DNA of 64,000 nt. Origin: Octopus sinensis (Eukaryota). Positions 1 to 12,475 of the stretch are shown here, piece after piece (position 1 is the stretch's first letter; each line of letters starts with the position of its first letter). The notes below the pieces were generated by a model, which was given only the letters and a program-made list of their open reading frames with translations, was not told the DNA's origin and did not search any database. The stretch is from contig NC_042998.1 in assembly GCF_006345805.1 (NCBI RefSeq), forward strand, positions 3,410,001-3,474,000, given 5' to 3'. The position numbers were made by a program, and so were the translations under genes.

Positions 1-180
1 CTTTTCTACAACGCAGTTTCAGAGCTGACTATGTTGAGTCTTGCTGGCTCGATTAAAATTAGTTTTATTTGAAGGCGATTATAATAGCCTTTGCCGTTCT
101 GGGTATCCGCCATGGACAACACTAAACTTAGTGAACAAAAATATTTTCCTTTCTAATTTTGGCACAAGTCCAGCTATTCT

Positions 181-360
181 GAGGGGAGGGGAAATCGATC
201 ACATCAACTCCAATGCTCAAATGGTACTTATTTAATCGCCCCCGAAAGAATGAAATGCAAAGTCAACCTCGTTGGTATTTAAACTCAGAACGTAAAGCCG
301 TAAGAAATGCTAAGTATATTTTTCGGGCGTGGTAACGGTTCTACCAACTCGCTGCCTTAA
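181..360 (-). mobile_element. tRNA-derived SINE family A, diverged copy
   Basis: Reverse complement resembles the family A consensus seen at 9960/20597 (ttctgagtt..aaat..cgaggttgactttgcatttcattctttcggg..gattaaataagtacc). Confidence 0.7.
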
Positions 361-1394
361 TAACAACATTAATGTCAGATTCAAATAATTGATTTAAATA
401 ATTATTTGAAATCAAATTGTCGACTGGGGAGATTGGAGAGTTTCAGAATATTTGATTAATTTGCATAAAAGTATTTAATTATGTCTAGAATTAGGATCTA
501 TTTTCATATATTTTTATTTTGCAAGCGAGTAGGGCAGAAAAGTTACTAAAAGTAATCTTCCGAAGATACTTCAGCATAAAATTAATTTCTCTAAAAATTG
601 GCTTCTTGTCTAGATAGAAAAATCGATACAGACTTTTTATATATATAAAGGACGCAGTTTATATTTATTTATATTGAGAAAGACGTAATCTATTGAATCA
701 TTCCGAGTATATTACTGGTAGCTATTTTATTAATCCAGGAAAAAGAAAATTGTCTCTAGGGGAATTTGATTCTTAGCACGACAATAAATGAATATAAAAG
801 AGAACGAATCACTTTAATGCTTATGGTTGAGTGTTAACATTGACCCGCCAGACAGCAGAAAACGTCTTTGGTTGTAATGTGTAAGGCGGTTTCGATTGTC
901 GTGAAGCTATTTCACTTGAAACCTTAAACTATTCCATTAAATTCACTCCACTAAATTCCTTATTTTCCACTGATGAAGCAGGAGAAAGGCGCAGTTCATG
1001 GGTAGGCTAGTGCTGTTGTTGATGCTTAAATCCACACCGGCGCAAATTAAACGGAACTATAATCAAAAGGGTTCCAGCCGTGGCCATTAGGTCTTTGCTT
1101 TCAAGCATCATATGTCTACAACTATATTATCCAATGCGATCTTTGATATTATATTTAACACTGTATTTTTGTCCTCTCTTCTTTCGGGATCGCTAAAATA
1201 AGATATCTGCCGAGTGTCAGAGTCGATGTAATCGACTCCCACCTCAATTCCCAATTGCTGGCCTTGTCCCGACATTTGAAACGATATAAGTCATTATCGT
1301 TCTTTAGTCTGTACATCAGCCCTAATCTAGCAGAACTTTGTTTAAAACTGCCCCACCCGGACCATTCCGTCTTTTTTTTCTTTTTTTTTTACTC

Positions 1395-1585
1395 GTTTCA
1401 GTCATTTGACTGCGGTCATGCTGGAGCACCGTTTTTTAATCGAGCAACTCGACCCCGGGACTTATTCTTTTTTGTAAGCCCAGTACTTATTCTATCGGTC
1501 TCTTTTGCCGAACCGCTAAGTAACGGGGACATAAACACACCAGCATCGGTTGTCAAGCAATGCTAGGGGGACAAACACAGACACA

Positions 1586-1649
<64 letters not shown>

Positions 1650-1742
1650 TACGACGGGCTTCTTTTCAGTTTCCGTCTACCAAATCCACTCACAAGGCTT
1701 TGGTCGGCCCGAGGCTATAGTGGAAGACACTTGCCCAAGGTG
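1395..1742 (-). mobile_element. SINE family B (tRNA head + CORE-like segment + internal microsatellite + LINE-like tail), head truncated
   Basis: Matches the 7110-7517 and 27475-27900 copies; internal (TA)n at ~1590-1650. Confidence 0.85.
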
Positions 1743-3630
1743 TCTTGTATATAAAAGACGGTACTAACTAATGAGTTGTTCCCATTTCCTTTATTTCTAA
1801 AGTGATTTTGATATTTGGCTGTTATTCTAGTAGATGGATTGGTTACGCTGAGTCTGACGGTGAGTTTGTTGATATGCCTCCTACATAAAAGCTGTTTAAT
1901 GAACAATAGGATTACCGCGGGCCCAATGTCATTATTCATTCTGCAGTAGAAGCAAAAAGGCGTCGTCCATCTAGGCCTACATTCTCCAATGTGGCCCACG
2001 CTTAAAAACACAGTTAGCTGTAATGTAATAGAGATTTTGCTGCTATTTTTAGCTGGCCGAACGAGCGTGCTTGATTTTCTTCGGGACGTAACACTGTCTT
2101 CCAGAAGAAATAAATATCAGTTCATCTCGCGTGTTATTTGTGACAGACAGGCGTCCAAATCAGCGGGACACTTATCTGTAGCTTGCTTCATTCCACATTG
2201 TCCCATCGCCTCCTTTGGAGCTTCGAGTATAAACAAACATACAAATATACACATGTGTGTAGATGTATGAATGGGAATGTATGTGTATATGTGTGTGTGT
2301 ATGTATGTTTGTATGTATTAACTTCGGTTGTATAAAACTGTGAAAGAAAGAAAAAGGCAAACGTTAAGAATGAGAATTAAGCAAAGAGAAAATTAGTGCT
2401 GGTGTGAGATGGAGAGATTGGTAACGGCACAAGAGAATTCTGTCTTGGAATTGCCACTTGAATTCTAATAATATTTATTTCATCGTCGGCTAGAAATGTA
2501 CACAAATAATTCGAAAATTCTCAGAGGAATCCAACGTGCGTGTTAGTTGATTTAATATATATTTTTTAAACAAACTAATTAAATGAAATGCAGCGTAAGT
2601 AAAACGATTATTCACAACATCCCATTGGTTATTATGGGGTACTTTACACTGACACACACACATATGCACACACGCATACATATGTATACACACACATTCA
2701 TATGTGCACACACACACACACACACATATGTAGACACACAAACACATACATATGTGTATAGACATTATATATAATAGTTTTTCTTTCTCCGTCTGCGTAT
2801 AAGCAATATTAATCTGTATACATTTGTAAATGATATTTCGAAAGCGAAAGACTTGCAATCTGACACCCGGCGGCTATCGAACCATGCCGCTCCTGCTGAG
2901 CTGGCATTATTCTGTAGTGCAACGGTTTGCAAGATTGTTCCCCAATTAAAGAGGATAATAAGATAACACGCTGTCAGATGCTTGTAGAAGAAGTCCCCAT
3001 GTTTTTAGTTCTGAAACAGCGTTTACAAATATGTATCGATTTGTGCTATTACACATGCACAAGCACACACGCACACATGAATAGTATATATATATATATA
3101 TATATAGTTGGGCAGGGGAGACAGAGAGAGAGAGGTAGAAGCGTTGTATATCAATGATCAGTGTTATATTATCACTTGCGCTGAGATTTGTTAACAGTAA
3201 TTAGAAACTATATTGCTTCATTTATTAAAATGTTTTCCAGATTGCAGACAGCAGTTGACAGTGAATAAATGATTTAAGCAGAATTTCGCCAAGGCCCGGG
3301 AGGGAGGTAAGAATGACTAGGGATGGGGGGAGGTAAAAAGCAATGCCCAGGACCCTGCAGGTGTCTTCTGAAGTTGGTAGGAGGATGGTATCCTCAAACC
3401 GAAGATCTTGCAATTAAGTGGGCTCTGCTATGAGTACCCCGCAAAAAGTGGAAGGTGATGTTAAACCGGGAGATGGATTCTTTTAACCAACTGATGATAA
3501 TTTCTGGTACTAGGGAGTGTTTCGAAGTTGTTAATATCGTACCTTCATATTTGGAAATCATCACTTTTCGTAATAAAGCCAATTATTCATAAAGCATTCA
3601 GAGATGTAACTTCCATAGAAAGTAGTTAAT

Positions 3631-3750
3631 ATTAACATATTCTAAGGCGACCGAGATTAACATATTCTATAGCGACGAGATTAACATATTCTATAGCGAC
3701 GAGATTAACATATTCTAAGGCGACCGAGATTAACCTAAGGCGACCGAGAT
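3631..3750. repeat. 24-25 bp minisatellite, ~5 units
   Basis: Units attaacatattctaaggcgaccgag / attaacatattctatagcgacgag in order A-B-B-A-A'. Confidence 0.9.
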
Positions 3751-3944
3751 CAGTTGGAAAGTCACCAACTCAGTTGTTTGAATTGGCGATATTCTTCCTT
3801 CTGCATGCAAGAATTATATCCTTCATCTGAAGCTGTTACATTATATATACCCTTTCATTGAACATTGAACAACTCTTCAATATAGAACGAAATCATAAAG
3901 TATATTTTGTTATTTTATTTTGGAAGTTTTCATAAAGCAGTTAG

Positions 3945-4135
3945 CTCGCACAATCGTTAGTGTCTTGTGCTATTTTTCCGGCCATTTACATATAGTCCGA
4001 GTTCCGTTTCCGCCGAGGTCAACTTTGGCTTTCATCTCTCCGGCGTCGATACGGTAAAGTACGAATCGTATATCAGGGACGATGGTTTAGACTTACTCTA
4101 CCTCTTAAAATTACTGGCCTGGTGCCTAAATCAAA
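3945..4135 (+). mobile_element. SINE family A, diverged
   Basis: gagttccgtttccgccgaggtcaactttggctttcatc resembles the family A core. Confidence 0.55.
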
Positions 4136-4159
4136 AATAATTTTACAAATTTTCTCAGA

Positions 4160-4500
4160 TAGGCGCATGTATGACTATGTGGTATGAAGCTTGCTTCCCA
4201 ACCACATGGTTTCGGGCTCAGTCCCACTGCGTGGCACCTTGGGCAAGTGTCTTCTACTATAACCTCAGGAAGACCAAAGCCTTGTGAGTGGATTTGGTCG
4301 ACGGAAAATGAAAGAAGCCCGTCATATATGTGTCTTTGTGTCTGTGTTTGTCACCCGCTATCACCGCTTGACGGTTTGTGTTTACGTTCCCGTAATCTAG
4401 CGATTCTGTAAAAGAGACTGATAGAATAAAGATTAGGTTTTTTAAAAATAAGTTCTGAAGTGGATTTGTTGGACTAAAAAACCCTTCAAGGCGGTGGTCC
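4160..4500 (+). mobile_element. SINE family B
   Basis: Head ggcgcatgtatgactatgtggt..ggtttcgggctcagtccc, then gcaccttgggcaagtgtcttctactat, tail ggcggtggtccag. Confidence 0.8.
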
Positions 4501-6292
4501 AGTATAAAAGATTATGAAAGCTATTCAAAGTGCTTTCCACCACTTTATCAGTGTTATATAAGTGAAAATAGAAATATACTGAATCCTTTTGATGGGCAAA
4601 GGTTTCAGAAGTTATGTATTTTTATTTTTAGAGTCTCACTTATCATGTGGCAATAGGAAGAAGGATTTGAGAACAAACTTGGATGCTAGAAATGCGATAG
4701 ATTGAAACTACCGCGTTAAAACAAACAGAACCCTTTTTAGTAAAAGTTAGTTTAAGCAAATGATGCACAAGATTGAAAAGGAGATTAGAGATTAGTGACA
4801 AGGAGTTTGTAAATCACACCAATGCAAATTCTTATGATAGAGTAGACAGGAATCAGAAGACGTAAATAATTTCAGATAATAGTGAAACGAAAAGAAAAAT
4901 CTCCAAAGATAAATAACTTGCAAGATGTGAGTAACAACACGAACCTAAAACTTTAGTTAGTTCTGAAAAAAAAATAATAATAATATGTGTTTTGGGGGCA
5001 CAATTCCATCCTTATTTCTCTAAAATAATAACTCAGATTCAGTCGAAAAATTCGCAATTTTTCCTGAAGCAGTGTTAATGTTGTAGAATCAGATTACATA
5101 TTTTGGATTTATTTCCTGGTGGCTAATTCTTCAAGGACAAATAATTGAAACACATGTATGTCACGTTATCCACTTTCAGTTTATTTTCAAAGTTCCACGT
5201 TGGCACATTTGTCCTAAAAATCTCTTTTAGAATCGTTTAATAAAATTCAGGCAACTAACAGAAACAAGTTCTATACAAACCGACGGCTGACTGAGCAGGA
5301 ACGATACGAGGAAAATGTATATCAAATTACAGAGTCCGTAAAATGGGTGTTGAAGAAAATAAAAATAAAAACTCCAGTTTATAACCGTTTATTGAAAAAT
5401 CTTTAATACATGCAAAAATATTTAATCCATATTTAAAAATAGATCCATATAGATTTCCTATTTTTAATATCCAAGTGGAAAACATGATTTATAATTTTAG
5501 ATTTATTGTAATTTACTTTACCGGATTAATTATACCATGTCTATTGACTTATATTAGTTCCGTTCTGATTAACATGGCGCTCTATATCCATGTAAGAAAA
5601 GTGAAAGGTTTTGAATTTCATCTCTGTCCAAAAAGTTATCAGCATAAGTAAAGAAAATTGTCATTAAACGGAAATGAAGACGGGAAGAGTATTTTTACAT
5701 CTGAGTTTCTCCGACGGTCCAATGCTTTTTCTCAAGATCATACTTCAACACTGTCTTAGATATTAAAAGCCGGACTAATTACTTAAAACTTGCCGCGTCG
5801 CTATCATAAATCTAAGCTTGCCACTATTCTCTTCCAATTAAACATAACTCTTATCTATGAAAAAGCAACCCTGTTTCTTTTCAAATAATTTATGCTAAGC
5901 TAAAATTAATCCCATGTAACTTTAATTAATGAATCGCTTATAAATCTTATTGCGATAACACTTATGATAAATTACTACATAGGTTAATAACATTGATCTT
6001 TCTAAAGTGATATTATTAGCTGAGATAATATTCGCTAAATTAAAATGTAATTGACTACTCTAATTATTCAAAAGCAATCTGCTGCAAAAATTCGCAGCCT
6101 GATGGTCTTAGTTCAGCCATAAACATAACGCTGAAAATAGTTACATAGGTAATTAATTTGTGAAGCCTACTGAACGGCTTTTTTTCTTCATTCAAAATTT
6201 AAAGTATGTTGGGTATTTCAGAGTGATTCACAGAGTCAATATCTAGGACAAGTATTAACCATTGGACAATATATTTGTTGCTGGTGCTGTTT

Positions 6293-6665
6293 GTTTGTTT
6301 GTTGAGCGAATCGGTCTTTGTCCCAGTGGGAGAAGTCCGAAACGTGGTCCTTTTTGCTATTCGTAAGACCCGCAGAAGAGAAAGAAGGTCAACCCCCCCG
6401 ACACCGAGAGTATCGACGGATGGATGAATGCGCATCCAGGCTCAGCGGTTGCGTAGGAAGTCGGGGACAAGAAACAGGAAGAAAGAGTGGGAGAAAGTTG
6501 GAGCGAAAGAGTACAACAGAGGTCGCCACCACCCCCTGCTGGAGCCTCGTGGAGCTTTAGGTGTTTTTGCTCAATAAACACGCACAGCGCCCGGTCTGGG
6601 AATCGAAACCGCGATCCTCCGACCGCGAGTCCGCTGCCCTAACCACTGGGCCATTGCGCCTCCAC
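6293..6665 (-). mobile_element. tRNA(Arg)-like SINE with (ACAA)n tail and 14-bp TSD
   Basis: Minus-strand head ggaggcgcaatggcccagtggttagggcagcggactcgcggtcggaggatcgcggtttcgattccc has A/B boxes; TSD tgctggtgctgttt at 6279-6292 and 6666-6679. Confidence 0.85.
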
Positions 6666-7109
6666 TGCTGGTGCTGTTTAGCCCCAGATAATCTCTGACC
6701 AAGTAGTCTCACGATCAAAGGTATCCAAGTTATGTCTGTTTTTCCAGGCCTTGAGTTATTCGTACTCTGTTCAGTATTCGTTCTTTAAGACGATGGACTA
6801 TGGTTTGGGGGCGATTTCACTGCTAATGCTCGATGACATTATGGTTGTATTCTTAATCTGAAAATAATTTGGAAACTTCAATGGAAATGTGGTTTTGTTC
6901 GAACTTGGCAGCTTCTAATTTGGCGCTGTCAGTCACTATACTGTTGTTACCTTTATTTCAGTAATTCAGTGCTAACAATATAAAGGTATTAATACATATC
7001 GCGAGGAAGTGTCCAATACATTTTGTAAGTAAAAAACATACTTCAGAAGATTTGTCTTGATAAGTTTAGAGTTTTAAAGATTTTATATAAGTTTTTCTTT
7101 GTTTGAATA

Positions 7110-7517
7110 CTCTTTTACTCTTTTACTTGTTTCAGTAATTTGACTGCGGCTATGCTGGAGCTCCGCCCTTTGTCGAGCAAATCGACCCCAGGACTTATTC
7201 TTTGTAAGCCTTAGTACTTATTCTATCGGTCTCTTTTTGCCGAACCGCTAAGTTACGGGGACGTAAACACACCAGCATCGGTTGTCAAGCGATGTTGTGA
7301 GGAGTGGGGAACAAACACAAACACACGCATACATATACATATATATTTATACGACGGAATTCTTCCAGTTTCCGACTACCAGATCCACTCACAAGGCTTT
7401 GGTCGGCCCGAGGCTATAGTAGAAGGCACATGTCCAAGGTGCCACGGAGTGGGACTGAACCCGGAACCATGTGGCTGGTAAACAAGCTACTTACCACACA
7501 GCCACTCCTGCGCCTAT
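7110..7517 (-). mobile_element. SINE family B, full length
   Basis: Head ggcgcaggagtggctgtgtggtaag..ggttcagtccc through tail ccagcatagccgcagtcaaattactgaaacaagtaaaagagtaaaagag. Confidence 0.9.
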
Positions 7518-8261
7518 GTTTTTTTTTTATTTTGATGATATATTATTTTCAGTACTTTTGAGAATGCTACAAATCTAAACAATTTCACATACAGTCGTTT
7601 TAAAACACACACACACACACACACACATATGTAAACATACACACACACGTTATTTATCCGGTTAGTAAGCAAAGTATAGGAGTTCCTTAGAGATTTTTAC
7701 AGGGTGTCATTCCTTGATAGCTAGAACTTCACGAAATACCCGACCCAATCATCTTCAATTTGTTTTTTCTATTTTCCCAAAAGAAGGACACAGACATATC
7801 TGATGGGATTATCGTGGCTGGAATGTCTTTGATCATTCATTTGCTTAATATGGGCTGAACTGGAACAAAACGTCACCAAGAAAATGCTCTTTTCTTTTCA
7901 GTTACAGAAGCATTTAACTTCATGCTTTTAAGAAATGACAGCAGAATTTATGATTTGCAAAATACTCATCAATTAGTTTATACTTACGCAGTTCTCGACC
8001 TGTTACAAAATATTCAACCCATTTAAAATTAAGAACAAGATATTGCACAATGTTGCCATTATGTATGTACAAAACAATGGATTGATCATGTTCCCTTACT
8101 TGGGGTTAATCAATGATTCAGGGCACTTACACTTTAGAATTAATTGTATGTAAGAAAGAATCTGGTATCCAGCGATATTCTTAAATGAATTATATCTGAC
8201 TATAACAGCAATGACTGGCTTTTGTTGCTTTATTTAAACAAAATATCTGCGCTCCAGAAGA

Positions 8262-8509
8262 TGATTGGCCTGCAGGCGTCCTGTGCCGGTTCCACGCAAA
8301 AAGCACTTGTATCTTCGCCACGTAAAAGCGCTAGTGCCAGTGTCGAGTTAAAAGCACCGAGCACACATTAAGTGGTTGGTGTTAGGAAGAGCATCCAGCC
8401 TTAGAAACCAAGCCAAATCAGACTGAAACCTGGTGCATCTCTCCGGTTTGCCAGTTCCGGTCCAACCGTCCAACCCATACCAGCATGGAAAACGGATTTT
8501 AGAAGATTA

Positions 8510-8537
<28 letters not shown>
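8262..8537 (+). mobile_element. SINE or LINE 3' end with (GAT)n tail
   Basis: Ends aaccgtccaacccataccagcatggaaaacgg followed by (GAT)n; recalled as a retroposon tail. Family not determined. Confidence 0.55.
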
Positions 8538-8540
<3 letters not shown>

Positions 8541-8867
8541 TTAGAGTATGGATATCGAGTTTATTCGAGGCATAAATATAAAACTAGCATGACACGAAAA
8601 TTACACTATAGTATACGTCGTTGGTTGCAAAACAAGAATTTTTAAAGGAACTGTTTGAAAAACAAAAACAAAAACAAACATTCCAAATAACTGATTACTT
8701 GAATAAGGTTAAAGTTACTAACATAAATAATCAAAACTATCAATGGTTTTAAAATATTTTAAGAATGTAGTACAAACTTATGGAATCACAGTGACTGAAT
8801 GGATTAATTTTCGGTTGAAATGTGCTGTACAACCTACTTTTGTGATGCTATATTGTACCCTTAAGTG

Positions 8868-9080
8868 AAAGCAGCAAGCTGGCAAGATGCTTAGCGTGTC
8901 TGATAAAATACTTGACGGCAATTCTCCCGCCTATTTACGTTCTGAGTTCAAATACCACTGAGTCACCATTGTTTTTTATACTTTCGTTGTCGATAAAATG
9001 AAGTACCAGCCACGTTCTAAAGTCGATGGTATCGACTCCCTCCCTAAAAAATTGCTGGTCTTGTACCAAAATCTCAAGTG
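8868..9080 (+). mobile_element. SINE family A, diverged
   Basis: gctggcaagatgcttagc..ttacgttctgagttcaaat..gtcgataaaatgaagtaccag..gtcgatggtatcgact. Confidence 0.65.
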
Positions 9081-9959
9081 AACATTTTGGCCGAGTATTT
9101 AGGTATTTCATTTATGATCATAAGGTCTTAATTTTCTATTCTGAACTGGGCCTCACGATGTGCTTTTGAATAAAAAACTTCGTTTTCTGTTGCTCCAGTC
9201 AAATCAACTAATAATGCCTGTCACTGCTCTCTCTTCCCCCTGCCACCAGTACCTGGAGGTTCAGCAGGGTCAAAGAGTGAGACAGTCAAGAAGATGGTTA
9301 TGACTACTCGCGGCTTCATGGGCATCTAAAACATTTAGCGAAAGCATGGTACATACTAATGTCATACTCGCTTCCGACTGTACTTTATTGTATCCTCATG
9401 CGTTGTGAGCATCTATGTGGTTACTTAGCAAGCTAGAAATAGCAATCAAATCTCTTCCAAACCATAACTTACATATTAGATAATGTAGTCTTGGGTACTC
9501 TATTTTGGAGGAAATAAAAAACACATAATGGTTATGAATTAGATTCTTTAGATCACATATTTTCTCTAACAAGGTTCAATGCAAAAATGCTATGCAGTAA
9601 TAAGAAACAAGGCAGTAGAATTGGTAAGATTACAAAGAAAATCACTGGAATATGACATCAAGCTTGGTACTTTTGGAGTTTATCAAACGACTTACTTTCA
9701 ACTTTTATAATTAAACAGACAATTTCTTTGGATATTTAATTGGACATCTGGAAAATATAATTAACAGAACTTGGAAGCGAAGCCTTCACAAAGTGTTAAA
9801 ATTTGGTGTGTGGTGAGAAGTTTTGTCGTTGATTAGCCTGATATCCATCATGGGCATTGCGACCATCATTATTTCGGGTTTTATACAGCCATAGTTCAAC
9901 TAGGACTGCGTAATGTAAGGTATCGTTCCTTTCCTTTACGAGAGTGAGATATGATTAAA

Positions 9960-10815
9960 AGCGGCGACCTGGCAGAAACGTTAGCATGCCGGGTGAAATG
10001 CGTAGCCGTATTTCGTCTGCCGTTACGTTCTGAGTTCAAACTCCGCCGAGGTCGACTTTGCCTTTCATCCTTTCGGGATCGATTAAATAAGTACCAGTTA
10101 CTCACTGGGGTCGATGTAATCGACTTAATTTCTTTTTTGTCTGTCCTTGTTTTTCCCCTCTGTGTGTAGCCCTTTGTGGGTAGTAAAGAAATAAGAAACT
10201 TTAGCACGCCGGGCAAAATGCGTAGCCGTATTTCGTCTGCCGTTACGTTCTGAGTTCAAATTCCGTCGAGGTCGACTTTGCCTTCATCCTTTCGGGATCG
10301 ATTAAATAAGTACCAGTTACTCACTGGGGTCGATGTAATCGACTTAATTTCTTTTTTGTCTGTCCTTGTTTTTCCCCTCTGTGTGTAGCCCTTTGTGGGT
10401 AGTAAAGAAATAAGAAACTTTAGCACGCCGGGCAAAATGCGTAGCCGTATTTCGTCTGCCGTTACGTTCTGAGTTCAAATTCCGTCGAGGTCGACTTTGC
10501 CTTTCATCCTTTCGGGGTCGATAAATTAAGTACCAGTTACTCACTGGGGTCCATATAATCGACTTAATCCGTTTGTATGTCCTTGTTTGCCCCCTTTGTG
10601 TTTAGCCCCTTGTGGGCAGTAAAGAAATAGGTATTTCGTCTGCCGTTACGTTCTGAGTTCAAATTCCGCCGAGGTCGACTTTGCCTTTCATCCTTTCCGG
10701 GTGATAAATTAAGTATCAGTTACGCATTGGGGTCGATGTAATCGACTTAATCCGTTTGTCTGTCCTTGTTCGTCCCCTCTACGTTTAGCCCCCTTGTGGG
10801 CATAAAGAAATAAGG
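9960..10815 (+). mobile_element. SINE family A head-to-tail tetramer (tRNA head, Meta-domain-like core)
   Basis: Four ~190-245 bp units; one TSD pair tatgattaaa at 9950-9959 and 10816-10825. Core gactttgcctttcatcctttcggggtcgataaattaagtacc resembles the MetaSINE domain (from memory). Confidence 0.9.
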
Positions 10816-11089
10816 TATGATTAAAGGAAAGTTTTGTTGCTCTTTCTAGCTAGATGAATTACTTGTTAGAGTTTTTCTTTTCGATTCATTCGTTGGGAAT
10901 GGAGTGGCATGGAGCTAATGGATACACGGACTAGGATTTATCGAAATCATAATATCACTTCTATATATGAGAATACGAATAGTTTCCTACAAATTGTTGA
11001 TTTTTATCGCCCTGTTGCCGTAACATAATATAAGAGAAGTATTTATTCTGATAGAAAGAATATTACTTCTTACTCTATTTGAGTGACTG

Positions 11090-11219
11090 TTTGTATATAT
11101 ATGTATGTATATATATTATATATATATAAATATATATATATATAATATATATATATATATAAATAAATATATATAAAACTGCTTGTGTGTATGTATATAT
11201 ATATATATATAAAACTGCT

Positions 11220-11270
<51 letters not shown>
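11090..11270. repeat. (TA)n/(TG)n microsatellite block
   Basis: Direct inspection. Confidence 0.95.
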
Positions 11271-11271
<1 letters not shown>

Positions 11272-11884
11272 GTAATATTTTATGCAACCTATATTGTGTA
11301 TGAAAATATATGAGTGGATATGTCATGTTTTCATTATAAATATGTTTGTATGTATGCATATACAAACAAACCTGCAATCGAGTAGTATTCGTAGAAAACT
11401 ATTTATTTTGAATCAGTAGTTTGGAGGTTTATCGAAGCCAATGAAATAAATAATTTGTATTTCTTTTTCTGAAGTGTCTGACATTTGAGATGGAGTAAAG
11501 TCAATGTAGTTAGTGGTGAATGTGCAGTCTTAGAAGAGACCATCTTTGAAGACGCATGTCTCCTAATCTACCTTGGAAATTGCCTACTATTTTTGTCTTT
11601 GCATCAAAAAGTGAACGGGCTCGAAAAATAGCTACACAGAATTGTCTACGAAGAAATACTGGTCCACGAACAAATAATGCAACCTTCTCAAATGCTTGCT
11701 GTTGAAAGTTTTTGTCAAGTTTTGTAATTTGCTTATTTCCTAGGAACAGGTAAAAGGATCAAAGATGAAATAGCCGTAAACTGAGAACTTCTCTCTCGCT
11801 GTAGCGGAAGCGCAACCGACAGCAGACCGTATGAGAAGGAGTAACAGCATCAACCGTAATTCTATAGAGATGGAATCAATTGTT

Positions 11885-12475
11885 AATTCTTTATTGTCCA
11901 CGAGGGACCAACATAGAGGAACAATACAAAGTCAAGAGGTCGGGGATTGTATGATGAACAAGATACGTAACATTTTAAAATTTATGATATGAATAAACGA
12001 GATGAAATAAGAAAAGGAAGTGGGGGGCGGGTTCGACTCCACAAACCCCGTTCCACCACTGAGCTCTTTGATTACCTTTATGTTCTCGCTCATTTACTCT
12101 CAGCACACTCGCAACTTTCTTTCCTCTTTTTCCGTATGTATTAGGTGACAAGCGTCTCCTCTCCAGCCTTATTTTCCTTCTGAGCTGGAAAACAAAAAAG
12201 TTCACCAATCCCATACCGGAGATGAAGACGTGACTTCCACACAACCTCTTTCTCTATTGCTACTACGCAGAGAAAACGAACCTTACCCTCCCTGTTCAAA
12301 GAGGGTGGTGGAACTATCTTTATTATAGACTCGAAAGACAGTTGTACTCTTCCTAAACGTGACGACAGTTGTTCAACATAAACACACATTTTCGAAATTT
12401 TCGGACACTGCACAATCGCGTGCAGAACAGTTTTATTGCTCTCCTCGCATCTTGGGCAAGTGAGCGAGCAAGAAG
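11885..12475 (-). mobile_element. Tx1/L1-like LINE 3' fragment (C-terminal zinc knuckle + 3'UTR)
   Basis: ORF 12141-12521(-) contains CPRC-X8-H-X4-C (CPRCEESNKTVLHAIVQC); AATAAA on the minus strand at 11890-11895. Confidence 0.7.

Noticed and set aside
2019-2170. TG..CA segment containing AATAAA as a solo LTR
   Set aside because: No second copy, PBS/PPT or clear TSD found.
4500-5760. Possible very old Penelope remnant (QFHPYFSKII- and AIGRRI-like peptides; HHR-like trace near 5700-5740 minus)
   Set aside because: Too degenerate to support without a profile search.
6590-6665. Functional tRNA genes at SINE heads (also 44341-44415, 57048-57115)
   Set aside because: The heads are fused to SINE or pseudo-LTR bodies and lack a complete cloverleaf.
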